A stretch of 63,866 nt of DNA, filler included, from Octopus bimaculoides (Eukaryota): the NCBI RefSeq assembly GCF_001194135.2. It is 8 parts of 8 records of this genome, joined end to end, with 100 filler letters (N's around TTAATTAATTAA, not from the genome) between each part and the next. Parts side by side here need not be neighbours in the genome. Positions count along the whole stretch, not along the records: positions 1 to 3,035 come from NC_068986.1; positions 3,136 to 7,084 come from NC_069006.1; positions 7,185 to 14,453 come from NC_068985.1; 5 more parts are not named here. One strand, 5' to 3'. The notes under the pieces were generated by a model. It had not been told where the DNA came from and made no database searches. It was given only the letters and a program-made list of their open reading frames with translations. This document shows positions 1-13,467 of the stretch, piece after piece (position 1 is the first letter of the stretch; each line of letters starts with the position of its first letter). The translations under genes were made by a program, and so were the position numbers.

Positions 1-99
1 ATATATATGAAAAAACACAAGATTTATTTTACAAGGTTAAGGAGTATATTAGAGTAATAATAATAAAGATATACAATTTTGTACAAAATAAGATTATGG

Positions 100-700
100 T
101 CTTTCAACATAATTAAAGTAAGAACCGGTTTCGCATTGCTCATCAAGCTAAGGGTTGAAAAATAGGCACATTACAAGGAGGAAGACGTATTACTAGGGGA
201 GATAATTGTTCACTTAGTTATTTTACAGTAAAGAGGAGGTAAATCTGTAATTTTTAATTTTGTCTGTATTTTATTATGGCTTATATCTTACAATAGAAGG
301 GCTAAGTTTTTGATATTTATTATGGGTTCATATTTAATTCTGGTTTATATTTTTGGATAAATGAGGCTTCTGTATCCAGTCTTACTTGTGTTCAGGTCTA
401 GATAGCATGTTGATAAAATGGGAAAATTACGAATTGTGGTTGTAATCGTTCTGCATATTCGTCTACGTGTTGACTGAGATATATTTGGCGATATTGTGGG
501 GGACTATATTTGATGTCTGTGGACTGTACATCTCTGTCTGATCGACATTCCTGTCAAACCAATATAGTTTTGATGGCAGCTCAAGCATCTGATTACGTAA
601 ATAGGGTTTTGGGAGGCGCAAGTGAAATTGAAAGTCAGTAAGAGCTTCTACAATACCGCTAAGACTTACTACAAAGACACGTAGTCCAGAAACAAGCAAA
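100..700 (-). mobile_element. Penelope-like element, decayed 3' part (GIY-YIG endonuclease plus pLTR)
   Basis: Minus frames give FTCASQNPIYVIRCLSCHQNYIGLTGMSIRQRCTVHR, then after a frameshift PQYRQIYLSQHVDE...FPFY...EASFIQKYKPELN* (about 630-320). Confidence 0.85.
118..153 (-). ncRNA. Degenerate minimal hammerhead ribozyme motif
   Basis: Minus strand TTAG-C-TTGATGA-GCAATGC-GAA-ACCGGT-T-CTTAC, with palindromic stem III, 3' of the Penelope ORF; core and stem I are imperfect. Confidence 0.5.
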
Positions 701-1484
701 AGCAAGATCTCTGGTTTTGCAATGAGATCAGTGTTATTTCAGATCTTCCTTCTCCTAGAGAGATGTCTAAACAAAGATTAGGGCTCTCTCACTTCCAGTT
801 GTTGGATGTCCGTTAACTCTACCGAGTTCATCTGCACTCTGAATAGGTTTTGTTTCTCGTCCTGCAGATTGACCGACGAAATCCACTTTCCTTATCAAGT
901 AGGCTTAGAAGGGTTGCCAGTTTAGTCGCCGACGGCCCGACCATGAGCTAGATTCTACTGGGTTACATATTATCAGTAGCATATACATGCATACATACAT
1001 AGATGCATGCATACATACATACATATATACACACACAGACGCACACATACTGTGTGAGTGCGTGTGAAACCCGCCCATTGCTACAAACTGCAAGGTAACT
1101 CTTGAAAGACCGTCATTCGAAGCGCGAAAGATATTTCCGTGCTTTACCTGACCCCAACCCCTCTTGAAACTGCAACATATCCTTCTATCTCTTGCCAAAA
1201 GAATCCATTTATTTTTCAACCATGAAAGTTCTGTATGCAGTACTTTCGCAGACAGAACCCTCGGATTTGCTACTTGTTTTATGTTAAGTCCACACTCGAC
1301 ACCGAGCATAAATCTCCCAAATTATCTCTTTCCACTCAGCCAGACTCACCACTGCATACACATCCACCGGTCGCTTTAAGCCACTGGCGTTCATTGAGTG
1401 ACACTGCCAAACAGTTTCGGATACGTGAATCTCGTGACGAGGCTGTCCATCCATAGGCAGGCAGTTTCACTGGGGTATTCGCAT

Positions 1485-1890
1485 GCTAGATAAGGCGGAA
1501 TAATTCCAAGAAATCAAAGTAATTGACTGATACTTTATTTTATCAGTCCAGAAAGGCTGATAGGAAAAGTTGACTTCGGCGGGATTTGAACACACTGCGT
1601 AAAGAGTCGGAAGAAATGTCGCTAAGCATTTCCTCCGACATATTAACTATTCTGCCAGCTCGCTGCCTTAATAATAGTTTCAGATTTAGACTCTGGATCA
1701 GCAGTTTTTGAGGGTGGATAAGTCGATTACATCACCCCGCAGTATTTGACTGGTACTTCTTTTATCGGTCCCGAGAAGTTGAAAGGCAAAGTAGACCCCC
1801 TGCGGAATTTGAGCTCAGAACGGTAAGACGGACAAAATGCCGCTTAGCATTTTGTCCGGCGTGCTAACGATTCTGTTGGCTCCCCACCTT
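1485..1890 (-). mobile_element. Two tandem SINE family C copies
   Basis: About 1485-1670 and 1716-1890; share gtcgac..ggcggaatttgaactcagaacg...gctaagcatt...ctgccagctcgc with other copies. Confidence 0.75.
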
Positions 1891-2079
1891 CCGCTGCTTT
1901 AGTAATGATGCTGTTTGTACAGCGAGTTAAGGAGTTAACGAATCGTTGCTTGACTTGCTAGAAATAGCACCTTAATCTGTTAAGAAAGGAAAGCTATGCT
2001 GAACCAAAAATGCAAGAAGGCCATGTTTAGAACGTGTTTGATCATAGTTCATACATGATCAGGACAGACTAGGCGCTGA

Positions 2080-2282
2080 CAAACAACAGCAGCAGCAGCA
2101 GCAGCTGCAGCAATGAAAATAAGAACAGCAACGACGGCAAGATGAAACATAAAAAGTAATAGTTACTACAACACTAGCTACAACAACAACAACGGTAATA
2201 ATTACGACCATCATCTAATACAACAATAGCAACTCTGATGACAAAACAACAACAACAGCTACTGCTTTTGCTGCTGCTGCTG

Positions 2283-2325
<43 letters not shown>

Positions 2326-2480
2326 AGTAATAATTATAAACGTCATGTGCAACTGCAACTCATAAAAATAAAACAAAATAACGCAATGGCAGTAACATCA
2401 ACAGTAACAGCAGTAAATACAACAACAACAACAACCGAAATAACAACGAAAGCAACAACAACAACAACGACTGTGTGTAA
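2080..2480. repeat. Compound trinucleotide microsatellite (CAG/AAC/TAC)
   Basis: Directly visible. Confidence 0.85.
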
Positions 2481-2992
2481 AATAGCTATCAGGAACCAAG
2501 AGATATATATTTTTCTTTGCTTTTATTTATCTTATGAGAATTATTCAATAAATATATAAATATATTTAAGTAAAAACTCAAGCAAACAACGAAATGAATA
2601 AACATTAATAACCAATCTAAATCTGCTAAAGACAAATAAATATTAGTGAAGTGAATACTACCGATTAGATAAATAATATTTCATAGCTGTTTGTATTGAG
2701 TTAAACACGAAATTATAATTCCACACTGATTATATTGCTTATGGCGACATCTTGTTAAAAACAAAAAAACAACAGCAGAAACAGTTAGCGCTTGTCGTCT
2801 GTTTTATTGAAATTAAATAACGTTATTTCTGATAAAAGTATTTAAGACAAATGATTGCCCGGGAAAAACCGTCAAGTCTTGTAAACATTTTTCCTTTCCT
2901 GGCGTGCCTCCAGTGAGTGTGTTTGCTTCATGACATACACGCTCATACACGTACACTAACGCATATCATATACTGTTAATATGTTTATATAC

Positions 2993-3035
<43 letters not shown>

Positions 3036-3079
3036 NNNNNNNNNNNNNNNNNNNNNNNNNNNNNNNNNNNNNNNNNNNN

Positions 3080-3092
3080 TTAATTAATTAAN
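3080..3092. other. Assembly stuffer TTAATTAATTAA between N runs
   Basis: The same 12-mer is embedded in N runs at about 3080, 7129, 14498, 32545, 46905, 54291 and 61962. Confidence 0.9.
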
Positions 3093-3542
3093 NNNNNNNN
3101 NNNNNNNNNNNNNNNNNNNNNNNNNNNNNNNNNNNACACACACACAACTGAAGATCAGAATCTCCAGTGTCACATACACCTGACACAACCATTTTTTGCA
3201 AGCATTCAATATTTTTTATCTTCGGTTACTTTTCATGTCATTTTTTTTTTTACCGTTTCCACCTCGTTCCCCTCTCACCCCTCGCACACGAAACTCCATT
3301 CTGTATGTCTTGTATTCTTCATGAACAACCATATCGATTGCATTCAATCGATATACACTCTAATACTTATTCACAGGTGCGTATGTGTGTGCATGTACAT
3401 GCCTATGTGTACACAGACATACCCAAATGCATACACATATAGTTACATATACATACACACACACATATATATATATATACATACACACATATATTCTCTT
3501 ACATATAACGCACATATTTGTATACATATCTGATTTTTATAA

Positions 3543-3585
<43 letters not shown>

Positions 3586-4444
3586 NNNNNNNNNNNNNNN
3601 NNNNNNNNNNNNNNNNNNNNNNNNNNNNNNNNNNNNNNNNNNNNNNNNNNNNNNNNNNNNNNNNNNNNNNNNNNNNNNNNNNNNNNNNNNNNNNNNNNNN
3701 NNNNNNNNNNNNNNNNNNNNNNNNNNNNNNNNNNNNNNNNNNNNNNNNNNNNNNNNNNNNNNNNNNNNNNNNNNNNNNNNNNNNNNNNNNNNNNNNNNNN
3801 NNNNNNNNNNNNNNNNNNNNNNNNNNNNNNNNNNNNNNNNNNNNNNNNNNNNNNNNNNNNNNNNNNNNNNNNNNNNNNNNNNNNNNNNNNNNNNNNNNNN
3901 NNNNNNNNNNNNNNNNNNNNNNNNNNNNNNNNNNNNNNNNNNNNNNNNNNNNNNNNNNNNNNNNNNNNNNNNNNNNNNNNNNNNNNNNNNNNNNNNNNNN
4001 NNNNNNNNNNNNNNNNNNNNNNNNNNNNNNNNNNNNNNNNNNNNNNNNNNNNNNNNNNNNNNNNNNNNNNNNNNNNNNNNNNNNNNNNNNNNNNNNNNNN
4101 NNNNNNNNNNNNNNNNNNNNNNNNNGTACGTATGCATGTATGTACACATACGTAAATAAAAACACACACAAACATATTCATGCATAAGCTTATACACACA
4201 CACACTCAGATGCACACACGCGCACACACACATGTTATTTTATATCTTTTCTTTTTTCCCCTTCTCTCCCCTCGTGGGCTATTTATTACAGTGTTTAACC
4301 AGTGATTGATTTTTTTCCTTTCTCTCTTTCTGTCTTCTTTTCTCTGTGTGTCTATCTCTCTTTCCCCGCCTCTCTCTCTCTCTCTCTCTCTCTCCCTCTC
4401 TCCCTCTCTCCCCTCTCTCTCTCCTTCTCTCTCTCTCTCTCTCT

Positions 4445-4487
<43 letters not shown>

Positions 4488-4726
4488 ACTCTCTCTCTCC
4501 CGTTATCCTTCCCTTTCTCGTCTCTTCTTTATATCTAATGGACCTAATCGTCTGATAGATCACCGGAAATCCATCTGAATCAGATCCATGTAGATGTGAT
4601 GGGACATGCCAACGAACCAATCCTGGCTTAATAGAATTCAGACTTCCAGAAGGTTCAGTAAGTTCTACTCTTTGCCAATAATCGCATTGATCTGATTCTT
4701 CGAAAATGAATGAACGACTATGTGCG

Positions 4727-4758
<32 letters not shown>

Positions 4759-4803
4759 GACCTATGTTTGTTTGCATGCATGTGTGTATATGTATGTATA
4801 CTC

Positions 4804-4853
<50 letters not shown>

Positions 4854-5199
4854 CACGCACATATGTGTAAATATACGTACATATTGTTGCATATATATTT
4901 GCGCATTTTTTTAATCATACATACATATACGTATTTATAACTGTTTTGGCGTGTATAAATTTCATGTTTCTCTAACTGTGTATGCACACATACACACACA
5001 CTCGCACACGCACACACACACACACACACACACATACACACACTGACACACACAACACGCACAAATGTTTAATCTGCACATTGTGGATGATATACAATTG
5101 TTACCTCAGACGTTGGTAAATATTACAATGGTTAATTTCTTTGTTTTATTTGTGCATCTGTTAGTCGTTTATTTCTCTGAAAGAGATACATGAAGCTTT

Positions 5200-6200
5200 G
5201 AATGGGAACTGGTACTGGACAGTTTCCCTTGCGATGGGGATAAAGTATGGTCCTTTGCAGTGGCATGTTGCATTGTGGGTGAAGTCTGATCACAGGCTGA
5301 GATCTAAAGTGCTGTGGGTAAGATCTAGTGACCATTAGGCAGTGATACAGTGGGCAGTTGGTGAGAACTAGTGACCTTGACCGGCAGTAAAATGGGCATC
5401 AAATGAGATCAAGTAGTACTGGATAGTGGCATTGTGAGGAGTACGTGAATGCTAGTGACCCTGGTCCGTGGTACAGCTGTTAGTAAATACTAGGTAGTGG
5501 ACTTGGACAGAGGCACGGTGGCCAGAGAGTAAAAATTTCTGACACTGGACATGGTCATAGAGGGCGGCGGATGCCAGTTAGTGAATTTGAGCAGTATACC
5601 GTGGGCAATAGTTGAGAACTGTTATACTGGACAGTGGCACATTGAGCAGTTGCAGTGGCACACTGAGCAGTTGTAGTGTCACATCGATCAGATAGTGACA
5701 CATTGAGCTAGTTGTACTGGACATAGTGGTCAGTGGTTAAGTGTTTTTGACTCTGGACAGTGTCACAAGGAGCATCGGATGAGTTAATGAATCTGGGCAA
5801 TAAAAGAGATTTTGTTTCTTCACAGTGGCAGATTGAGCATAAGAGAGAGCTAGTGGTATCAGACAGAAGCATTGTGAGCAGGGAATAAGAGACTGTGATC
5901 ATAGACAGTGTCATAGTGGGCAGCAGATGATGGTCATTCAACTTACGCAATGATACAGTGGACAATATATGAGAACTAATTGTAATGGTCATTGACATAT
6001 TAATGGTTAGGGGAGTTTTAGTGGTGATGGACAGAGGTATTGTGAACAGACGATAAGAATTTACGACACTTGCCAGTGTCGAAATTAGCAAGGGATAAGA
6101 GTTAGTGAACTTTGGTAGAAGTTGAGAACTTGTAGAACGTATTGGTCTGTGGAAGACAGGCAGAAGTAATTGGCAGTGGCAAAAATGAGATATATATGGA
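5200..6200. repeat. Cryptic degenerate minisatellite (about 21-bp unit at the core)
   Basis: cagtggcacattgagcagttg / cagtggcacactgagcagttg / tagtgtcacatcgatcaga / tagtgacacattgagctagttg at about 5632-5715; the motif fades to both sides. Confidence 0.5.
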
Positions 6201-6379
6201 AGCTGCGTCGAGGACAGTAACACAAGTTGCTGGGGCGGCCCCTACATTGTGGTATCATGGGTTGCAATTTGTGAGATTAGCCCCTTTGTACTTTTAGTTT
6301 CTATTTCGAAATCGTTTAATCGCAGACGTTTTGTCTCTTTGTCTCTTCTTCGCATCCCCCCACCGACTTCACACACGCA

Positions 6380-6617
6380 GCACCACAAGAACAATGCCGA
6401 CAATAGAAACAACAGCAACAACTAGAATGACAACAAGAACAACAACAACAACAAAAGTAGCAACAGCAACAGTAATGACAGCAGAGACATCGACGATAGC
6501 GACGGAGGCACAAGAAACAAAAGGAAATAATCGAAAAACGAAATAATGCAAACGAAAATACTTATTACATACTTGAACACGCAGAAATACGATGTCGTAA
6601 TAATAATAATAATAATG

Positions 6618-6653
<36 letters not shown>

Positions 6654-6844
6654 TTAATAATAATAATAATAATAACAATAACAGCAACAACAACAACAAC
6701 AACAACAATAATAATAATAATAACAATAATAATGATGATAATAATAATAATAATAATAACAATAGCAACAACAACAAGAACAATAGTAATAATACTACTA
6801 ATAATAATAATGATAATAGTAATAATAATAAGAATGATGATGAA

Positions 6845-6889
<45 letters not shown>

Positions 6890-7085
6890 GACAATGATGA
6901 CGGTGACGATGATGATGACGATGAAGATGATGGTGGTGGTGGTTGTGGAGGTGGTGGTGCTGCTGTTGACGACGATGATGATGATGGTGGAGATGATGAT
7001 GAGGACGGTGAAAGAGTATGACGTCGACAACGACGACGACGATGGTGATAATGATGATGATTAATGATAATAATAATGATGATGN
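6380..7085. repeat. Compound trinucleotide microsatellite (AAC/AAT/GAT/GGT)
   Basis: Directly visible; explains the poly-I/M/S ORFs. Confidence 0.9.
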
Positions 7086-7383
7086 NNNNNNNNNNNNNNN
7101 NNNNNNNNNNNNNNNNNNNNNNNNNNNNTTAATTAATTAANNNNNNNNNNNNNNNNNNNNNNNNNNNNNNNNNNNNNNNNNNNNTGTGCCACACAGGGCA
7201 GATTTCCGTCGCAAAAAACTTGCACCAGAGAGTATACAAGTTGTTATACAACTTTCTATATAAAATAAACTTTACAAACAAACTTTTTAAAACATGAAAA
7301 AGTCAAAACTTACGGAGCCGACACGTCTACCGTCTGTCCAGATAGATAGATAGATAGAAAGATTGACAGATAGACAGATAGAC

Positions 7384-7442
<59 letters not shown>

Positions 7443-7462
7443 GAGAGAGTGANNNNNNNNNN

Positions 7463-7523
<61 letters not shown>

Positions 7524-7900
7524 TAGAGACATGTATATACGTGTATATATGTATATATGTATGTATGTGCTTATTACCTAAAGGAAAAAGCGATTACATA
7601 AGAGATACAATTTAGGTAAGAATTTTCTCTTGTATTCATAAAAGTATTTCCTTGTCTGCGGACATTTTACGTAAACATACACATTCACAAGTACAGCTAC
7701 TCACAAACAGTCCCCACCACACACATACATACATACATACATACATACATACATACATACATACATACATACATGCATGCATATATACATACATACATAC
7801 ATACATAAAGTACTATATGTAGATATATTAATTATTTAACACTGTGTAAGCAAAACACAAGACGTCTGTACATATATGCTTATATAGATGCTTTTCTATA

Positions 7901-7953
<53 letters not shown>

Positions 7954-8949
7954 GGGGGGTGTATGTATAAACACACATACACACACGCATATATATATAT
8001 ATATATATAAGCCTATACACACATATGCATAAAGCTCCATATACATAGGTATTTGTATATAAATGTATACGTTTATATATATATATATATATATATATAN
8101 NNNNNNNNNNNNNNNNNNNNNNNNNNNNNNNNNNNNNNNNNNNNNNNNNNNNNNNNNNNNNNNNNNNNNNNNNNNNNNNNNNNNNNNNNNNNNNNNNNNN
8201 NNNNNNNNNNNNNNNNNNNNNNNNNNNNNNNNNNNNNNNNNNNNNNNNNNNNNNNNNNNNNNNNNNNNNNNNNNNNNNNNNNNNNNNNNNNNNNNNNNNN
8301 NNNNNNNNNNNNNNNNNCATACATACATACATACATACATACATACATGTATAAATGCAAACATACGTGCAATATATACATACACAAACACGCGCCTTTT
8401 TAAAATCAGTACGCATGTAATGAATAAAGCTGAAAAATGCTTCCCTGGAGGACCAAATCGTGGTTTATGATAAGAAAAATCTAAATCTGAAATCACTTCT
8501 TCGCGAAAAACGGATAAATTGTTGGTCACAAATTCTGAGTGCATTTGCAGCAGCGCAGTGCTGCAGTTAAGTAAGTGGAAGAGAATTTGGCAGATAAAAA
8601 TCAAAGAGAGATGGTGCTTTGCTGTAGAAGTATTAGATGAAACATCATCTACAGCTGTGAATAACTTTGCTAATGAGACAAAGACGTTGACAACATCTTT
8701 TAGCTTCACTTTAGTGTTGCCAGCACCGCTGTAGAAATACCTGTAAGCCATACGTCTGTGTCTGTATGTACGTACATACGTATGTGTGTATGTATGTATG
8801 TATCTATGTATGTATGTATGTATGCATGTATGTGTATGTGCATGCATGTATGTTTGTATGTATATATAGATGGATGGACGGATGCATGCATGCGTGCATT
8901 TATGTATGTATAGACGTTTGTATGCATACGTGTCTGAATGTTTGTATGC

Positions 8950-8982
<33 letters not shown>

Positions 8983-10884
8983 CAGACGGGCAAATCAAGC
9001 ATAAAAAACAGGGAAAACAACAACAGTCAATTGGACGTACAAAATGAATATATTTGATTGACGCAAGATATTATAGTTCCAGTTCTATTATCCAAGAAAG
9101 TGGTTAACAGAAGTGGTATAAATGCTCCTTGTCCGTGGTGCATCTATACGAGAAGAAAGTACTTAATATATGTGTTTAGTATTTTCGGGCGACACTTTTT
9201 GGACTTGACGTTAATGTCAGTCTCTTCTGCTGGAAGTCAACAAAAGTTATCCAGTTTGTTTTAAAAAGCTTTTAACAAAAATATTTTCCCCTGTATTTGC
9301 CATGGTTCAAAATTTGAACATCTCTTTTTTTTTTTTTCTAGTTGTCGTCTATTGAACTCCGAATGAAAAATGGACGACTACGTATGTGTCCCGATACAAA
9401 GTTCACCTAAAATGAAAAGATAAGCACGGAAGCTTATTCTTTGCCGCAAATAGAAATGATGCTCAGACAGACAAATAGATAGATAGATATCTTTTTATTA
9501 TAGCCACACAGGGTTAAATNNNNNNNNNNNNNNNNNNNNNNNNNNNNNNNNNNNNNNNNNNNNNNNNNNNNNNNNNNNNNNNNNNNNNNNNNNNNNNNNN
9601 NNNNNNNNNNNNNNNNNNNNNNNNNNNNNNNNNNNNNNNNNNNNNNNNNNNNNNNNNNNNNNNNNNNNNNNNNNNNNNNNNNNNNNNNNNNNNNNNNNNN
9701 NNNNNNNNNNNNNNNNNNNNNNNNNNNNNNNNNNNNNNNNNNNNNNNNNNNNNNNNNNNNNNNNNNNNNNNNNNNNNNNNNNNNNNNNNNNNNNNNNNNN
9801 NNNNNNNNNNNNNNNNNNNNNNNNNNNNNNNNNNNNNNNNNNNNNNNNNNNNNNNNNNNNNNNNNNNNNNNNNNNNNNNNNNNNNNNNNNNNNNNNNNNN
9901 NNNNNNNNNNNNNNNNNNNNNNNNNNNNNNNNNNNNNNNNNNNNNNNNNNNNNNNNNNNNNNNNNNNNNNNNNNNNNNNNNNNNNNNNNNNNNNNNNNNN
10001 NNNNNNNNNNNNNNNNNNNNNNNNNNNNNNNNNNNNNNNNNNNNNNNNNNNNNNNNNNNNNNNNNNNNNNNNNNNNNNNNNNNNNNNNNNNNNNNNNNNN
10101 NNNNNNNNNNNNNNNNNNNNNNNNNNNNNNNNNNNNNNNNNNNNNNNNNNNNNNNNNNNNNNNNNNNNNNNNNNNNNNNNNNNNNNNNNNNNNNNNNNNN
10201 NNNNNNNNNNNNNNNNNNNNNNNNNNNNNNNNNNNNNNNNNNNNNNNNNNNNNNNNNNNNNNNNNNNNNNNNNNNNNNNNNNNNNNNNNNNNNNNNNNNN
10301 NNNNNNNNNNNNNNNNNNNNNNNNNNNNNNNNNNNNNNNNNNNNNGTGTGTGTGTGTGTGTGTGTGTGTGCGTGCGGGCTTGTATATGTGTGCGCGTGTG
10401 TTTCAATATGTTTATGTATGTGGGAATGTGCGTAATTTTGTGTATGCGTGCCGGTTTGCATCTCTGTCTCTGTCTCTGTCTGTCTCTCTCTCTCTCTCTC
10501 TAGCTCTCCATCTCTCTCTCCCTCTCCCCATCTCCCCTCTTGCTTTTTCTCTCTTCTTCTCTTTCTCTTTCCGTCTCTCTCTCTCTCCTCTCTCTCACCT
10601 CTCCACCTCCCTCTTTCTCACTCCTCTCCTTCTCTCTTCTTCTCTCCTTCTCCGCCTGTCTCTCGTTCTCTCTCCTTTTCTCCCTTTCTCTCCTTCCCTT
10701 CTCCCTCTCCCTCTTTCTCTCTTTCTCTCTCCTCTCTTTCTCTCTACATAAACATGTACGTCTGTAGCCCTGACTATTTCTCCCTTTTCAAATACGTATT
10801 TAAATATGCGTTTGAAAGGAAGACAAAGCGTGTATGTCTCTTCTATTTTTAATTATTATAAATCTTATAAATCCACTGAGACAA

Positions 10885-11305
10885 ATTCATATTTGGAACT
10901 TGAGAAAAGTCTTGCATATTTTTACTGTTCCACTTACAGATTGCACTTGCAATGTACGAATTAGTTGGTCGATTTCTCTTTCTGAAAATCCAGATTCTCC
11001 GTTAAGTATTAAATAACAAAACCTATTGCTCCAATTATTATTGGTATGAATATGAATTCATAGTCTGGATATAGAAACTGGAGGTTTCGAAGCAGTTGTC
11101 CATAGATATCTTCTTTCTCTTTGATATTTATATCTGCAAGGCAGCTAACCTCTATGACGGTACATACCTTTGCCCTTCTGTCCCAAACAACAATATCCTG
11201 CATGTTATGTTTACATTTGACAGAAGTTTCGATCGGAATACTCCACCAGTATTCCTTGAGTTGGTGTTTATGAATGTTTTCCATATCAGTATGACCTTCT
11301 ATAGT
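10885..11305 (-). mobile_element. R4/Dong-like non-LTR retrotransposon, 3' fragment (restriction-like endonuclease)
   Basis: WWSIPIETSVKCKHNMQDIVVWDRRAKVCTVIEVSC...EKEDIYGQLLRNLQFLYPDYEFIFIPIIIGAIG, then LIRTLQVQSVSGTVKICKTFLKF*. Confidence 0.85.
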
Positions 11306-11419
11306 CCTTTTGAACACACATGTATGTACGTACGTATGTATGTATGTATGTATGTATGTATGTATGTATGTATGTATGTATGTATGTATGTATGCATGCT
11401 TGTATACCATTTATCTTAT

Positions 11420-11907
11420 ATTTCAGTCTTTAGACTGCGACCATACTGGGGAACCTCATCGAAGAACTTTTAGTCGAATGAATCGACCCCAGCACTTTTT
11501 CTTTTTTTTTTTTTTGTTAAGCCAGGTACTTATCATATCAGTCTCTTTTGCCGAACTGCTAAGTAATTGAGACATCTGTCGTCAAGCGATGATTGGAGAC
11601 AAACACAGACACAACGACACACATACGCACACACATACACACACACTCACATACACACACACGCACGCATACACACACACTCACACGCACACGCACAGAT
11701 ACGCATGTATGTGTATNNNNNNNNNNATATATATATATATATATATACACGATAGTTTTCTTTCAATTTCCGCCTACCAAATCCACACACAAGGCTTTGG
11801 TCGGCCCGAGGTTAAAGTAGAAGACATTTGACCAAGGTACCACACAGTAGGATTGGACCTGGAACCATGTGATTGGGAAGCAAGCTTCGTACCAAACATG
11901 TGCCTAC
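11420..11907 (-). mobile_element. SINE family A
   Basis: Reverse-complement head (11751-11907) and body (11420-11620) match 58600-58990. Confidence 0.8.
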
Positions 11908-11964
11908 TACTATTTCTTGGAGACCGAGGTACCTCTTTGGTCTTTTTTCACTGACTTAAAATTG

Positions 11965-12905
11965 TTAAAACTGTCTAGCTGTAGTACTCCAGAAAGTATG
12001 GCAGCAGTAAGAGCATCCATTCTGCAATCCTCAAAGCATTGCGCTCCTTAGTGTAGCAGTAGGGATATTAAATCGGAGTTTGAGGAGGATTCTGCACGTC
12101 GATCTGAAACTGCATCCTTACAGTTTTGGTTCAAGAATTTAACTCAAACAGATCATAAGAATTGCCGAGCCGTACATGCGAATATTCTTGCACAAGTTCC
12201 CACTGAGGCTGTTCTTCTGAGCACCAATAAGGTTCACTTCCATATCAATGGAGCTGTAAACAAGCAGAATTTTCGCTATTGGACTCAACATAATCCTCAT
12301 CAACTCCACCAATGACCACTTCACTTTCCTCGCAAAACTGTTTGCAGTTGCCGATTTTGGTGTGATTGGCCCGTACTTTCTTGAAACTGTTACTTCCGGC
12401 TGGTATGTTGTAATGTTGGAGGCCTTTCTACACTCCAAACTGGACGATTTGGATACTGAATACGTGTGGTTTCAACAGGATGGGGCCACAGCTAACACAG
12501 TATGATGTTCTCTCAGAGTGTCGAGGGAAATGTTTCCTGGGTGTCTGATCTCTTTCAGCGAAGACGTTAGGTGACTGGCAAGGATACTAGATTTAAGCCC
12601 TTGTGACTTTTTTCCATTAGAGATACTTAAAGGAAAAGGTTTTCCGACATCACCCTTGAACTCTTGAGGATTTAAAGGAAAGGATCAAACAGGAAACTGG
12701 CACACTTCTACCTGAGATGACACGTAGTGTCATGGAGAACTTCCAGGAACGACTCCATCAATATATTGCCAACAACAGCCACCATTTGTCTGATATAGTT
12801 TTTAAAATCCATTAAAACAAAAGTATTTTTTATGTAGGCTTTAGAAATATAATCAGTTTTTCCCCGAGATAGTTGTGTTCTTTTTTTATACCCATTCAAA
12901 ATGTG
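11965..12905 (+). mobile_element. Tc1/mariner transposase remnant (rosa/DD41D-like)
   Basis: TPESMAAVRASILQS; RRILHVDLKLHPY; HFHINGAVNKQNFRYW; VWFQQDGATA; DLSPCDFF; EDLKERIKQE; HHLSDIVFK; many stops and frameshifts. Confidence 0.88.
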
Positions 12906-13041
12906 GTTTCACAGCCATTCAAAAGCCCCGAAGGCTACGCTTATAGAAAAACCAGATATTTTTTTTCACCCACTTACATATCGCTTTCTGAGTTTTCTAT
13001 AGTCTAGCGTAATCTTCAGGCTTTTTGAATGGCGGTGAAAC
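12906..13041. mobile_element. Palindromic MITE-like element
   Basis: gtttcacagccattcaaaagcc...tatagaaaa is mirrored by ttttctatag...ggctttttgaatggcggtgaaac. Confidence 0.6.
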
Positions 13042-13403
13042 TTTTGTATGTCCCGCAGAGCAGGTAAGAGTGGCTAACTGTATAAATGAGGGCACGTTTG
13101 AGAGCAACCACAAACAGTGCAGGTTGCATTATGGTTCCCTTAGTGGGGTCCATTACAAACTGATGTCTCTTCGAAGAAAGAACCCTTGTTGTAATTGACT
13201 AAATCCTACGTTTTAAAAAAAGTCATGCAATCACTTCCTTACTTTTCCAGCAATGCCTCATGGCTACACAATTTCTGACACACATCATTTCGAGCATGCG
13301 CTCATGCGCGCGCACATACACACATACACACGCACACACATACACACGAGCAGGCACACAAAGTTACAAATATATGTAACGTATAAATATATTTTATACA
13401 TAC

Positions 13404-13467
<64 letters not shown>

